DNA of 32,000 bases from Methanocaldococcus jannaschii DSM 2661 (GCF_000091665.1 NC_000909.1:1026629-1058628); one strand, 5' to 3'. Shown: positions 10,411-19,993, numbered from the stretch's first letter. Numbers and translations: made by a program. The notes: generated by a model from the letters alone, not told the origin.

Positions 10411-10435
10411 ATGGCTTCTATAGGAAGGCGTTTAG
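10411..10435. repeat. Diverged copy of the 25-nt hairpin repeat (gaatggcttctataggaaggcgttt)
   Basis: Same core cttctata-gaaggcgtt as the other two copies, but with a mismatch in the stem. Confidence 0.5.
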
Positions 10436-10568
10436 ATTTTATTAGTTTTTAATAAACTTTTTGTAAAAAAACAGGATTTTAGATGGATTCCTTTTAAATC
10501 TAATAGATGCTCTTTATAATATTTTCAGTTTAAAAAATAAAAGAATAGATAAAAAATTAAAGATTGGA

Positions 10569-11885
10569 TTACAATAAATGTGGTGGAACTATATCCTTAG
10601 CAATTAAATCAGCATAAGTTTCCCTCTCTCTAATTAAGAATACTCCCTTCTTACTTGTTAAAACCATTCTTGGTCTTCCTCTTGCGTTATAGTTGTTAGC
10701 CATACTAATTCCATAAGCTCCAACATCAAATATAGCCAATACATCACCAACCTCTACTTTGTCAAGCTCTCTATCTCTACCAAAAACATCACTACTCTCA
10801 CATAAACCTCCTGCTATGCTTACAACCTCTTTTTCATTCTTAACTTTGCAGTTTATTATATGATGATATGCCTCATACATTGCCGGTCTCATCATGTCAT
10901 TCATTCCAGCATCGATCATAACCCATTTTGTTACTGGTGTTTCTTTTATGTGATGAACTTTTCCTAATAGATAGCCAGCAGTAGCTACCAAACTTCTTCC
11001 AGGCTCTAAGATGAGATTTGGCATCTCTACTTTATCTTTGTATTTTAACATTGTGTTTATTATTGCATCAGCTAAATCTTTTTGAGTAGGGATTTGTTTA
11101 TCTTTGTAGTAGGGAATTCCTAAACCTCCCCCTAAATTGACATCTTCAATCTCAATGCCCTCTTCTTTTAATTCAACAACAAAATCCATAACTTTCCTTG
11201 TTTCTTCAATAAATGGGCTTATATCTGTTAATTGAGAACCAATGTGGCAATGAACTCCAACAACATTCACATACTCCATCTCTAAAGCCATTTTTATTGC
11301 TTTCATTGCAATTCCTGATTCAACATCCAAACCAAACTTGTTTTTCTTTAAACCAGTTGAAATCTTTGGATGTGTCTTTGGATTGACATTAGGGTTTATT
11401 CTGAAAGCTACATTAGCAGTTTCTCCCAACTCTTTTGCTGTCTCATTTATTAAGATTAATTCGCTTATACTATCAACATTGAAAGCCCTTATATTTGCTT
11501 CAATACCCATTATAATTTCTTCTTTTGTTTTACAATTTCCGTTGAAAACAATTTTCTTTGAAGGAACGTTTGATAGCTTTGCTATATACAACTCTCCTCC
11601 ACTAACAACATCTGCTCCACAGCCAAGTTTAGCTAACAATCTTGTTATAGCTAAGTTTGCATTTGCTTTATATGCATAGGCAACAATAAACTCCTTCCCA
11701 GTCTCTTCTTCCCATCTTTTGAAAGCTTCAATGTATCTGTTGTAATTTATCTTTATTTGCTCTTCTGACATCACATATAAGGGGGTTCCAAACTTCTCTG
11801 CTAATTCAATTGCATCATACCCATCTATGAAGAATCTTCCATCCTTTATCTCTACTGTGTCATTACCTAAAAACATTATTTTCAC
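10569..11885 (-). CDS. lysA: Diaminopimelate decarboxylase
   Basis: YAYKANANLAITRLLAKLGCGADVVSGGEL, NVEDVNLGGGLGIPY-like, GGLCESSDVFGRDR; PLP-dependent alanine-racemase-fold type. Confidence 0.96.
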   Translation of the reverse strand: MKIMFLGNDTVEIKDGRFFIDGYDAIELAEKFGTPLYVMSEEQIKINYNRYIEAFKRWEEETGKEFIVAYAYKANANLAITRLLAKLGCGADVVSGGELYIAKLSNVPSKKIVFNGNCKTKEEIIMGIEANIRAFNVDSISELILINETAKELGETANVAFRINPNVNPKTHPKISTGLKKNKFGLDVESGIAMKAIKMALEMEYVNVVGVHCHIGSQLTDISPFIEETRKVMDFVVELKEEGIEIEDVNLGGGLGIPYYKDKQIPTQKDLADAIINTMLKYKDKVEMPNLILEPGRSLVATAGYLLGKVHHIKETPVTKWVMIDAGMNDMMRPAMYEAYHHIINCKVKNEKEVVSIAGGLCESSDVFGRDRELDKVEVGDVLAIFDVGAYGISMANNYNARGRPRMVLTSKKGVFLIRERETYADLIAKDIVPPHLL

Positions 11886-11916
11886 CCAATTCTTTATATG
11901 ATAAAATAAAAATAAC

Positions 11917-11992
11917 GCCCGGGAGGGGATTTGAACCCCTGAAAAAACTGGCTCCGCAGGCCAGCGCCCTATCCTGGCTAGGCGACCCGGGC
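11917..11992 (-). tRNA. tRNA-Arg (anticodon GCG)
   Basis: GCCCGGG-TC-GCCT AGCCAGGATA GGGC-G-CTGGC CTGCGGA GCCAG-TTTTTTC-AGGGG TTCAAAT CCCCT-CCCGGGC gives a full cloverleaf with all stems paired; CCA not encoded. Confidence 0.95.
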
Positions 11993-11993
11993 T

Positions 11994-12758
11994 CTATATT
12001 ACATCCCATGATTTCAACCATTGGTAATCATGTAAACATCTTACTTTATTCCTATATGAAGGTGGTATAAATGGTTCAACTATACTACAAAAAGCATGCA
12101 CTTGCTTACTTTTAAATAACCTCAAATATCTGTATTGATGTTTCTTTGAAATACGAAAATCAAATCCATACAATAATTTTAGTTTTTGTTGCAAAAACTT
12201 ATTTTCATCCAATGTAAAGCCATGTGTAGATAATTCTAACTTATAACCATTTTTCTGTTTTGTTAAGCTTCCATCACCAAGATACCACTGTGCTAATCCT
12301 TCATCATTTATTACCAAATCATTCGGTATCCTTTTTATTCCATCTGGATACCATCTTTCCCTTAATTGCCTAAACAATTCATACCTACTCGTTGATAAAA
12401 CATATAAATCAGCAATTACCTCAGAAGTTCTACGCTTATACTTATAACAGTGAAAATATACATTAAGCCCAAATTGTTGGAATCGATGTTTGACATATTC
12501 TAACCAATCATATCGCTTATTCTGTGTAATCAATAAGTTTCCTTTTTCCGTAATACATGCGTCACCAAGTAACAATCCATCGATAAATGTACGCAAATCT
12601 TCAGAAATGTTATCTAAAGTATAATCATCACACATTTTTACATCTTCCCTATATATACCATGCTTTTGCCTTGCTCGCACAACTGTTGCCTTACCACAAC
12701 CAATCAAATATGCAATTTCCCTATCACTCAGACCTTCAACAATATACTTTTCATACAA
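11994..12758 (-). CDS. Free-standing LAGLIDADG-type homing endonuclease-like protein with N-terminal helix-turn-helix
   Basis: Two LAGLIDADG-like motifs (FIDGLLLGDACI and LAQWYLGDGSL) and an N-terminal HTH-like LSDREIAYLIGCGKATVVRARQKHGI. TTG start; the stop codon ends 1 nt before tRNA-Arg. Confidence 0.85.
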   Translation of the reverse strand: MYEKYIVEGLSDREIAYLIGCGKATVVRARQKHGIYREDVKMCDDYTLDNISEDLRTFIDGLLLGDACITEKGNLLITQNKRYDWLEYVKHRFQQFGLNVYFHCYKYKRRTSEVIADLYVLSTSRYELFRQLRERWYPDGIKRIPNDLVINDEGLAQWYLGDGSLTKQKNGYKLELSTHGFTLDENKFLQQKLKLLYGFDFRISKKHQYRYLRLFKSKQVHAFCSIVEPFIPPSYRNKVRCLHDYQWLKSWDVI

Positions 12759-12836
12759 CCAACCATAAGGAATAACCCATTCTTTTTTTATTCTTCTTAT
12801 ATGGATGCAACATATTCATCATCTCGCCCATGCTAT

Positions 12837-12856
12837 CTGGCTAGGCGACCCGGGCT
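12837..12856 (-). repeat. Duplicated 5' fragment of tRNA-Arg (AGCCCGGGTCGCCTAGCCAG, 20 nt, direct repeat of 11974-11993)
   Basis: Exact 20-nt match to the 5' part of the intact tRNA plus 1 upstream nt, in the same orientation, flanking the homing-endonuclease ORF. Confidence 0.95.
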
Positions 12857-12985
12857 TTATCATTTCTACGCCTATTAATAAGCAATTTTTGTTCTTTTAT
12901 ACTTCTTTTCTATTGATACTCAATCATACTTAATAAAATTTCCCTAACATTATAAAAAGAAAACAAAATTAAAAATTATAAAAAT

Positions 12986-13693
12986 TTACTTACAAAGCTC
13001 CTTTAACTCTTTAACTAACTCTCTATCTATCCTGCCGTTATTTCTATCCCCTCCTTTACAAGCTGCTCCTCTAACACCAACTATGTCAGTTCCAATCTCT
13101 TTTAAAATTGGGATGTGTTCTTTTTTTATTGAACCAGCCAAAGCACACTTCAATCCATAGCTGTGAGCTTCATCAACAAACTCTGCTAAAATCTCTTTAC
13201 TTTGGAAATCAAATAATGTTTTTCCATCCTTTATTGCAGTATCTAACATTGCAACATCACAACCTGCATCTCTCGCAATTTTTGGGACTATTAATGGCTC
13301 AACAGCTCCAACTCTATAGGCATCAGCATAACCAGCTGCTACAACTATCTTATTTTCATCAATATCCTTAACAGCTCTAACAACATTTTTCATTAACTCA
13401 ACTGCCTGATAGTAGTTTTTAACTCCATACAATCCAACTTTTATATAGTCAGCTCCACTTATTGCTGCTCCAACAGCAGCTAAAGAAATTGTTCCTGGCT
13501 TATAAGGGACGTCTCCAACTGTAGCACTCACCAATAAATCTTTTGGTGTCACTTCCCTAATTGCCTTAATCATCCATGGAAAGTTAGCTCCTAAAGAACC
13601 TTCTTTTGGGTTTTTCACATCTATAATGTCTGCTCCTCCAGCTATTGCCTCTTTTGCTTCTTCAACATCTATAGGGCTTACTAATAGTATCAT
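12986..13693 (-). CDS. mfnB: (5-formylfuran-3-yl)methyl phosphate synthase (methanofuran biosynthesis)
   Basis: [40 protein letters not shown] and [13 protein letters not shown]: MfnB/DUF556 family. Confidence 0.9.
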   Translation of the reverse strand: MILLVSPIDVEEAKEAIAGGADIIDVKNPKEGSLGANFPWMIKAIREVTPKDLLVSATVGDVPYKPGTISLAAVGAAISGADYIKVGLYGVKNYYQAVELMKNVVRAVKDIDENKIVVAAGYADAYRVGAVEPLIVPKIARDAGCDVAMLDTAIKDGKTLFDFQSKEILAEFVDEAHSYGLKCALAGSIKKEHIPILKEIGTDIVGVRGAACKGGDRNNGRIDRELVKELKELCK

Positions 13694-13806
13694 ACATTAC
13701 ACCCATGATATTGATTTCAAAAATGATTAATGACAATATATATAAAAACTTAATGTTTTAAAATTTTAATGTCTTTCAAAAGTATTAAAATTAATAAGGA
13801 ACACTT

Positions 13807-13831
13807 GAACGTCTTCTTATAGAAGGCGTTC
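13807..13831. repeat. Dispersed 25-nt hairpin repeat, copy 2 (GAACGTCTTC-TTATA-GAAGGCGTTC)
   Basis: Stem identical to the 5193 copy; shared flanking sequence over about 65 nt. Confidence 0.85.
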
Positions 13832-13898
13832 ATTAATACCTCAATTATTACAAAATGTTTTGATTATTATCTTTAATGATTATAGCAAAGGTGATTAA

Positions 13899-15245
13899 AT
13901 GGGAAGATTATTTGGGACTTCTGGAATAAGAATGAAAAATTTATCTCCAAAAATTGCCTATAAAGTTGGATTAGCAGTGGCAAAAAAATATAAGAAAGTT
14001 GTAGTTGGGAGAGATACAAGGACTACAGGAAAATTAATTGAAACTGCATTAACAGCAGGAATCTTAAATGGTGGGGGGGAAGTTACAACTATAAACATAG
14101 TCCCAACACCAGTTTTAGGTTTTAATGCACGAAATTATGATGTTGGCATAATGATTACTGCCTCTCACAACCCTCCAGAATACAATGGAATAAAGCTCTT
14201 CAATAAAAATGGTTTAGCTTTTAATAAAAAAGAAGAGGATGAGATAGAGGAGATTATATTTAAAGAAGATTTTATTGAAGTTGAGTGGCATAGTGTTGGC
14301 GAGATTTGGGAAGATAGCAGGGCGATAAGGAACTATATGGAACATATTCTTAAAAATGTTGAGATAAATGAAAAATTTAATGTGGTTATTGATTGTGCAA
14401 ACGCCTCTGCTTGTTTAGTATCTCCATATTTATTTACAGATTTAGGATGTCATGTTATCTCAGTTAATAGTCACATGGATGGGAGATTTATTGGTAGATT
14501 ACCAGAGCCAGATGAAAAAAACCTCAAAAAAACTATGGATATGATTAAAGGCCTAAATATGAGTGGAGATAACTACATTGGCATAGCACACGATGGAGAT
14601 GCAGATAGAATGGTAGCAATAGATGAAAAGGGAAGATTAGCTGATTTTGATAAGCTATTAGCTGCTTTCTCAAGATATATGGTTGAAAAAACTGGAAACA
14701 AAAAGATTGTTACAACAGTTGATGCTTCAATGATTATTGATGAGTATTTAAAAGATTTAGATGTTGAGATAATAAGAACAAAAGTTGGGGATGTGGCGGT
14801 TGCTGAAGAGATGATTAAAAACTCTGCTGTTTTTGGTGGAGAGCCAAGTGGAACGTGGATTCATGCTGATATCCATCTAACTCCAGATGGAATTTTGAGT
14901 GGGCTGAGAGTTTTAGAGATGTTAGATTTCTATAACAAAAAATTATATGAAATATTGGATGAAATCCCATCTTATGTAAATTTAAGGGAGAAGATTCCAT
15001 GTGAAGATGATAAAAAAGAAAAAGTAATGAGTTATGTTATTGAAAATGGAGAGAGTTTATTTAAAACAGTTCCTGAGACCGTTGATGGAGCAAGATTTAA
15101 CTTAGAGAATGGATGGGTTTTAATAAGACCTTCGGGAACTGAGCCATACATAAGGGTTAGAGTTGAGGCAAAAAATAACAAAGATGCTAAAGAGTTGTTA
15201 GAAAAAGGGATAAAGTTAGTTAAAGAAGCTTTAAGTGCTTTATAA
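13899..15245 (+). CDS. glmM: Phosphoglucosamine mutase-like phosphohexomutase
   Basis: MGRLFGTSGIR, ITASHNPPEYNGIK, IAHDGDADRM, VRPSGTEPYIRVRVE-like (IRPSGTEPYIRVRVEA) motifs; adjacent to glmU. Confidence 0.88.
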   Translation: MGRLFGTSGIRMKNLSPKIAYKVGLAVAKKYKKVVVGRDTRTTGKLIETALTAGILNGGGEVTTINIVPTPVLGFNARNYDVGIMITASHNPPEYNGIKLFNKNGLAFNKKEEDEIEEIIFKEDFIEVEWHSVGEIWEDSRAIRNYMEHILKNVEINEKFNVVIDCANASACLVSPYLFTDLGCHVISVNSHMDGRFIGRLPEPDEKNLKKTMDMIKGLNMSGDNYIGIAHDGDADRMVAIDEKGRLADFDKLLAAFSRYMVEKTGNKKIVTTVDASMIIDEYLKDLDVEIIRTKVGDVAVAEEMIKNSAVFGGEPSGTWIHADIHLTPDGILSGLRVLEMLDFYNKKLYEILDEIPSYVNLREKIPCEDDKKEKVMSYVIENGESLFKTVPETVDGARFNLENGWVLIRPSGTEPYIRVRVEAKNNKDAKELLEKGIKLVKEALSAL

Positions 15246-15272
15246 AACTATTTTTAAATTTTGGTGATATAA

Positions 15273-16499
15273 ATGGATGCCATAATATTATGTGCAGGGA
15301 AAGGGGAGAGATTAAGACCTCTAACAGAGAACAGACCAAAACCAATGATTCCTATAGCTGGAAAGCCAATTTTACAACATATTATTGAAAAAGTTGAGGA
15401 TTTGGTAGATAATATTTACTTAATTGTTAAGTATAAAAAAGAAAAGATTGTTGATTATTTTAAAAACCATCCAAAAATCAAATTTTTAGAGCAGGGAGAA
15501 ATAGATGGAACTGGACAGGCAGTTTTAACAGCCAAGGATTATGTAGATGATGAATTTTTAGTTATAAATGGGGATATTATCTTTGAAGATGACTTAGAAG
15601 AATTTTTAAAATACAAATATGCTGTTGCTGTTAAAGAGGTAAAAAATCCAGAAAACTTTGGAGTTGTAGTTTTAGATGATGAAAATAATATTATAGAACT
15701 CCAAGAAAAGCCAGAAAACCCAAAATCAAATTTAATAAATGCCGGAATATACAAATTTGACAAAAAGATTTTTGAATTAATTGAAAAAACAAAGATTTCT
15801 GAAAGAGGAGAGAGAGAACTTACAGATGCAATAAAACATCTTATTAAAGAAGAAAAAGTTAAAGGAATTAAGTTAAATGGTTATTGGAACGATGTTGGAA
15901 GACCATGGGACATTTTGGAGGCAAATAAATATCTCCTGGATAAAATAAATACAGATATCAAGGGGAAAATTGAAGAAAATGTTGTTATTAAAGGAGAGGT
16001 TATAATAGAAGAGGGAGCAATTGTTAAAGCAAATTCAGTTATTGAAGGGCCTGCAATTATTAAAAAAGGGGCTGTTGTGGGGCCGTTAGCTTATATAAGA
16101 CCATATACTGTTTTAATGGAAAATACTTTTGTTGGAAATTCATCTGAAGTTAAGGCAAGTATAATTATGAAAAATACAAAAATTCCACATCTATCTTATG
16201 TTGGAGATAGTATAATTGGAGAGAACTGCAATTTTGGTTGCAATACAATAACTGCCAACTTAAGATTTGATGATAAACCAGTTAAAGTCAATATAAAGAG
16301 TAAAAGGGTTGAGAGCGTTAGAAAATTGGGAGTTATAATGGGAGATAATGTTAAAACAGGTATTCAAGTCTCTTTTATGCCAGGGGTTAAAGTTGGAAGT
16401 AACTGCTGGATTGGGGCAAGTTGTTTAATTGATAGAGATATAGAAAGTAATACATTTGTTTATAAAAGAGATGAGCTGATATTTAGAAAATTGAAATAG
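15273..16499 (+). CDS. glmU: Bifunctional sugar-1-phosphate nucleotidyltransferase/acetyltransferase (GlmU-like)
   Basis: MDAIILCAGKGERLRPLTENRPKPMIPIAGKPI nucleotidyltransferase motif plus C-terminal left-handed beta-helix hexapeptides. Confidence 0.9.
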   Translation: MDAIILCAGKGERLRPLTENRPKPMIPIAGKPILQHIIEKVEDLVDNIYLIVKYKKEKIVDYFKNHPKIKFLEQGEIDGTGQAVLTAKDYVDDEFLVINGDIIFEDDLEEFLKYKYAVAVKEVKNPENFGVVVLDDENNIIELQEKPENPKSNLINAGIYKFDKKIFELIEKTKISERGERELTDAIKHLIKEEKVKGIKLNGYWNDVGRPWDILEANKYLLDKINTDIKGKIEENVVIKGEVIIEEGAIVKANSVIEGPAIIKKGAVVGPLAYIRPYTVLMENTFVGNSSEVKASIIMKNTKIPHLSYVGDSIIGENCNFGCNTITANLRFDDKPVKVNIKSKRVESVRKLGVIMGDNVKTGIQVSFMPGVKVGSNCWIGASCLIDRDIESNTFVYKRDELIFRKLK

Positions 16500-16510
16500 A
16501 AGAGTGTTAT

Positions 16511-16604
16511 GCCCTATATTGGTATATCTCCAAGAGACATTAAAAGGGGCTGTAAGCCCCTTCTTAATGTATCCCGGGTATACCAATAGGGCAGAGCCCT
16601 ATGG
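16511..16604 (-). repeat. Structured palindromic intergenic element, copy C
   Basis: On the minus strand: ATAGGGC-TCT-GCCCTAT hairpin; outer stem TATTGGTATA/TATACCAATA; inner ACATTAA-G-AAGGGGCT-TAC-AGCCCCTT-TTAATGT hairpin. Confidence 0.85.
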
Positions 16605-17086
16605 TGGTGAAATTAATGATTATAGGAGCTAATACATCAAAAAACTTTTTTGATAATTTAGAAGAGGAGCAGATTCAACAATGTGGGATAGATTTGAGAG
16701 TTTGGAAGATATTTAAAATAGAGGGAGAAGGGGTTATTGATTTCTCAAATGAGAAAAGAAAGCTACCAAACTACATAGAGATATTCAACTCTGAAAAAGA
16801 TGAACACATAAAATTAGATAGAGGAGTTTATATTGTAAAGGTAGCTGATTATATAAAAATCCCAGAAAATGTAGCTGGCTTTGCATATCCAAGGAGTTCT
16901 CTGCTAAGAATGGGGGCAACTTTATACTCTGCAGTTCACGACCCTGGCTATGAAGGAAGACCAGAATATTTAATGCAAGTTTTTAATCCAATAACCATCT
17001 ACAAATATGCAAGAATTGCCCAGATTGTTTTTGTTGAGTGTAGAGATGTTAAAGGAGTTTATGAAGGAATTTATAAAGGGAGATAA
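16601..17086 (+). CDS. dut: dUTPase/dCTP deaminase-family protein (probable dUTP diphosphatase)
   Basis: GIDLRVWK, FAYPRSSLLRMG, HDPGYEGRPEYLMQV motifs. The true start is probably 16616; the 16601 ATG lies inside the adjacent palindromic element. Confidence 0.85.
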   Translation: MVVKLMIIGANTSKNFFDNLEEEQIQQCGIDLRVWKIFKIEGEGVIDFSNEKRKLPNYIEIFNSEKDEHIKLDRGVYIVKVADYIKIPENVAGFAYPRSSLLRMGATLYSAVHDPGYEGRPEYLMQVFNPITIYKYARIAQIVFVECRDVKGVYEGIYKGR

Positions 17087-17093
17087 GATAAAA

Positions 17094-17360
17094 TTATGGG
17101 AAATAATCATATATGCTTTTTCTATGCAATACTCTTCTAAAAATAATCGTATCTCCATTAACCTCAATACCTATTCTATAATTTCCTACTCTAATCCTAT
17201 AATAATTGTGATAGCCCTTTATTTTCTTAATATCTAACTTTAAATCATTTAATGAGTTAGAATTTTGACATTCTTCAATTATTAGCTTTATTCTTTTTCT
17301 TATATGCCCTGGAACATGCTTTAAATCCTTAACAAATGTTTTAGCAAATAACACTTTCAT
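17094..17360 (-). CDS. relE: RelE/ParE-family toxin
   Basis: FAKTFVKDLKHVPGHIRKRI...LKGYHNYYRIRVGNYRIGIE-like RelE fold signature (IKGYHNYYRIRVGNYRIGIEV). Confidence 0.88.
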   Translation of the reverse strand: MKVLFAKTFVKDLKHVPGHIRKRIKLIIEECQNSNSLNDLKLDIKKIKGYHNYYRIRVGNYRIGIEVNGDTIIFRRVLHRKSIYDYFP

Positions 17361-17518
17361 TTATCTCCCAATAATTCCTTTATTTCATCATAAGTCAATA
17401 ATTCATCATCTTTTGTTTCCTCCATAGCTTTAGCCAAGCCAATATCTAAAATTTCCTCAATCTTTTCATATTCTTTTCTGCTGATGAAAAATTTTTTAAA
17501 TCTCTTTTTGAGCCTCAT
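17357..17518 (-). CDS. relB: RelB-like antitoxin, 53 aa (MRLKKRFKNFFISRKEYEKIEEILDIGLAKAMEETKDDELLTYDEIKELLGDK), not in the supplied ORF track
   Basis: Read directly from the minus strand. ATG start at 17518; the stop overlaps the relE start (ATGA arrangement). Confidence 0.82.
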   Translation of the reverse strand: MRLKKRFKKFFISRKEYEKIEEILDIGLAKAMEETKDDELLTYDEIKELLGDK

Positions 17519-17599
17519 ATTATCCTCAAATTAACGTTTTATAATTGTCTTACCGCATTTTAATATATATAATTTTAAGTATATATACCTTATCCAAAA

Positions 17600-19167
<1,568 letters not shown>

Positions 19168-19188
19168 AGTTTGACACCAAAAAACTTT

Positions 19189-19218
19189 AATTATAGGATT
19201 ATTTTTTCATAATATTCA
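19189..19218 (-). pseudogene. Residual duplicate of the 3' end of the 19419-19976 gene (encodes DEYYEKIIL*)
   Basis: Minus strand GAT GAA TAT TAT GAA AAA ATA ATC CTA TAA, compared with the gene's own GAT GAA TAT TAT GAG AAG ATA ATA CTT CCG TAG. Confidence 0.8.
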
Positions 19219-19219
19219 T

Positions 19220-19421
19220 CACCATAGGGCTTCGCCCTATTGGCACAGGACTTTCACAGTTTTATAATTCAATATAAGGAATTATGATGTCTATAGCATC
19301 ATTATGTTCAATAAGAAATTTATTCCTGTGAAAGTCCTGTGGTATACCCAAGAGCGGGGTTGCCAAAGGCAACCCCACTTTAATAGAGATTTGAAGTAAC
19401 CAATATGGGGTTATGCCCCTA
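19220..19421 (+). repeat. Structured palindromic element, copy D, with a nested long inverted repeat
   Basis: ATAGGGC-TTC-GCCCTAT hairpin; 16-bp perfect inverted repeat CACAGGACTTTCACAG/CTGTGAAAGTCCTGTG (19242-19257, 19328-19343); GGGGTTGCC-AAA-GGCAACCCC (19358-19378); CCAATATGGGG end. Confidence 0.85.
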
Positions 19422-19976
19422 CGGAAGTATTATCTTCTCATAATATTCATCATATCCAAAGTGCCAATGTCTAATTTTTTCTTTCAGTTCTTTTTCAAGC
19501 TCTAATATCTTGTCAAACTCCTCTTTAGTTAGATATCCAATAAACCCTCTTTTTATCGCTTCTTCACATTTTAAACTGCAAGGAATGAAACCAGAAGGTA
19601 AAACTATTGCATAAATTCCTTTATTTTTTAACTCCTCCTTCATTTCTTCAACTTCTTTTAAATGCTCTCTGTCTATTGCTACTCTAACATCTTCAACAAA
19701 AGATTTTATACAGCATTCTGGATAATCCAAAAGCTTTCCAATTTCAAAATCATCCAATCTCCTATAGATACCAAGTTCTGTTGAAACCATTGGGTCTATT
19801 GCCGGCCTAACCTTTGGTTTGTATTTTTCAACAAGCTCAATTTGAAACTTTAATCTCTCAACTATTTGTTGATATTGAAACTCATCCAAGCTTTGGATAT
19901 GCTCTTTTAAAACTTCAAATCCTTCTAATTCTCCACTTCTTAACTTTTCAATTTTATATAGTAGATTTTTAAGCAT
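19419..19976 (-). CDS. Conserved hypothetical protein (DUF483-like)
   Basis: 185-aa ORF with DDFEIGKLLDYPECCIKSFVEDVR and a tandem Cys-containing segment; continuous coding character. Confidence 0.75.
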   Translation of the reverse strand: MLKNLLYKIEKLRSGELEGFEVLKEHIQSLDEFQYQQIVERLKFQIELVEKYKPKVRPAIDPMVSTELGIYRRLDDFEIGKLLDYPECCIKSFVEDVRVAIDREHLKEVEEMKEELKNKGIYAIVLPSGFIPCSLKCEEAIKRGFIGYLTKEEFDKILELEKELKEKIRHWHFGYDEYYEKIILP

Positions 19977-19993
19977 GTTTTCACTTAAAAAGC

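Noticed and set aside
11917-12856. Hypothesis that the endonuclease ORF is a tRNA intron or that the tRNA is split
   Set aside because: The downstream tRNA copy is complete with a full cloverleaf and the upstream copy is only a 20-nt 5' fragment. There is no bulge-helix-bulge and no 3' half elsewhere in the window.
12587-12878. Plus-strand ORFs 12587-12775 and 12660-12878
   Set aside because: They are antisense to the endonuclease region and extend into the tRNA fragment, with low-complexity composition and no recognisable motif.
11338-15763. ORFs 11338-11679, 13108-13371, 14815-15000 and 15539-15763
   Set aside because: They are shadows of lysA, mfnB, glmM and glmU, rich in codons opposite conserved motifs.
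16487-16630. Direct duplication flanking element C
   Set aside because: Only weak similarity (tgaaat) is visible on both sides; unlike A, B and D, no convincing flanking direct repeat is present.
16970-17237. ORFs 16970-17167 (-) and 17007-17237 (+) around the dut/relE junction
   Set aside because: Both overlap recognised dut and relE coding sequence on conflicting frames.
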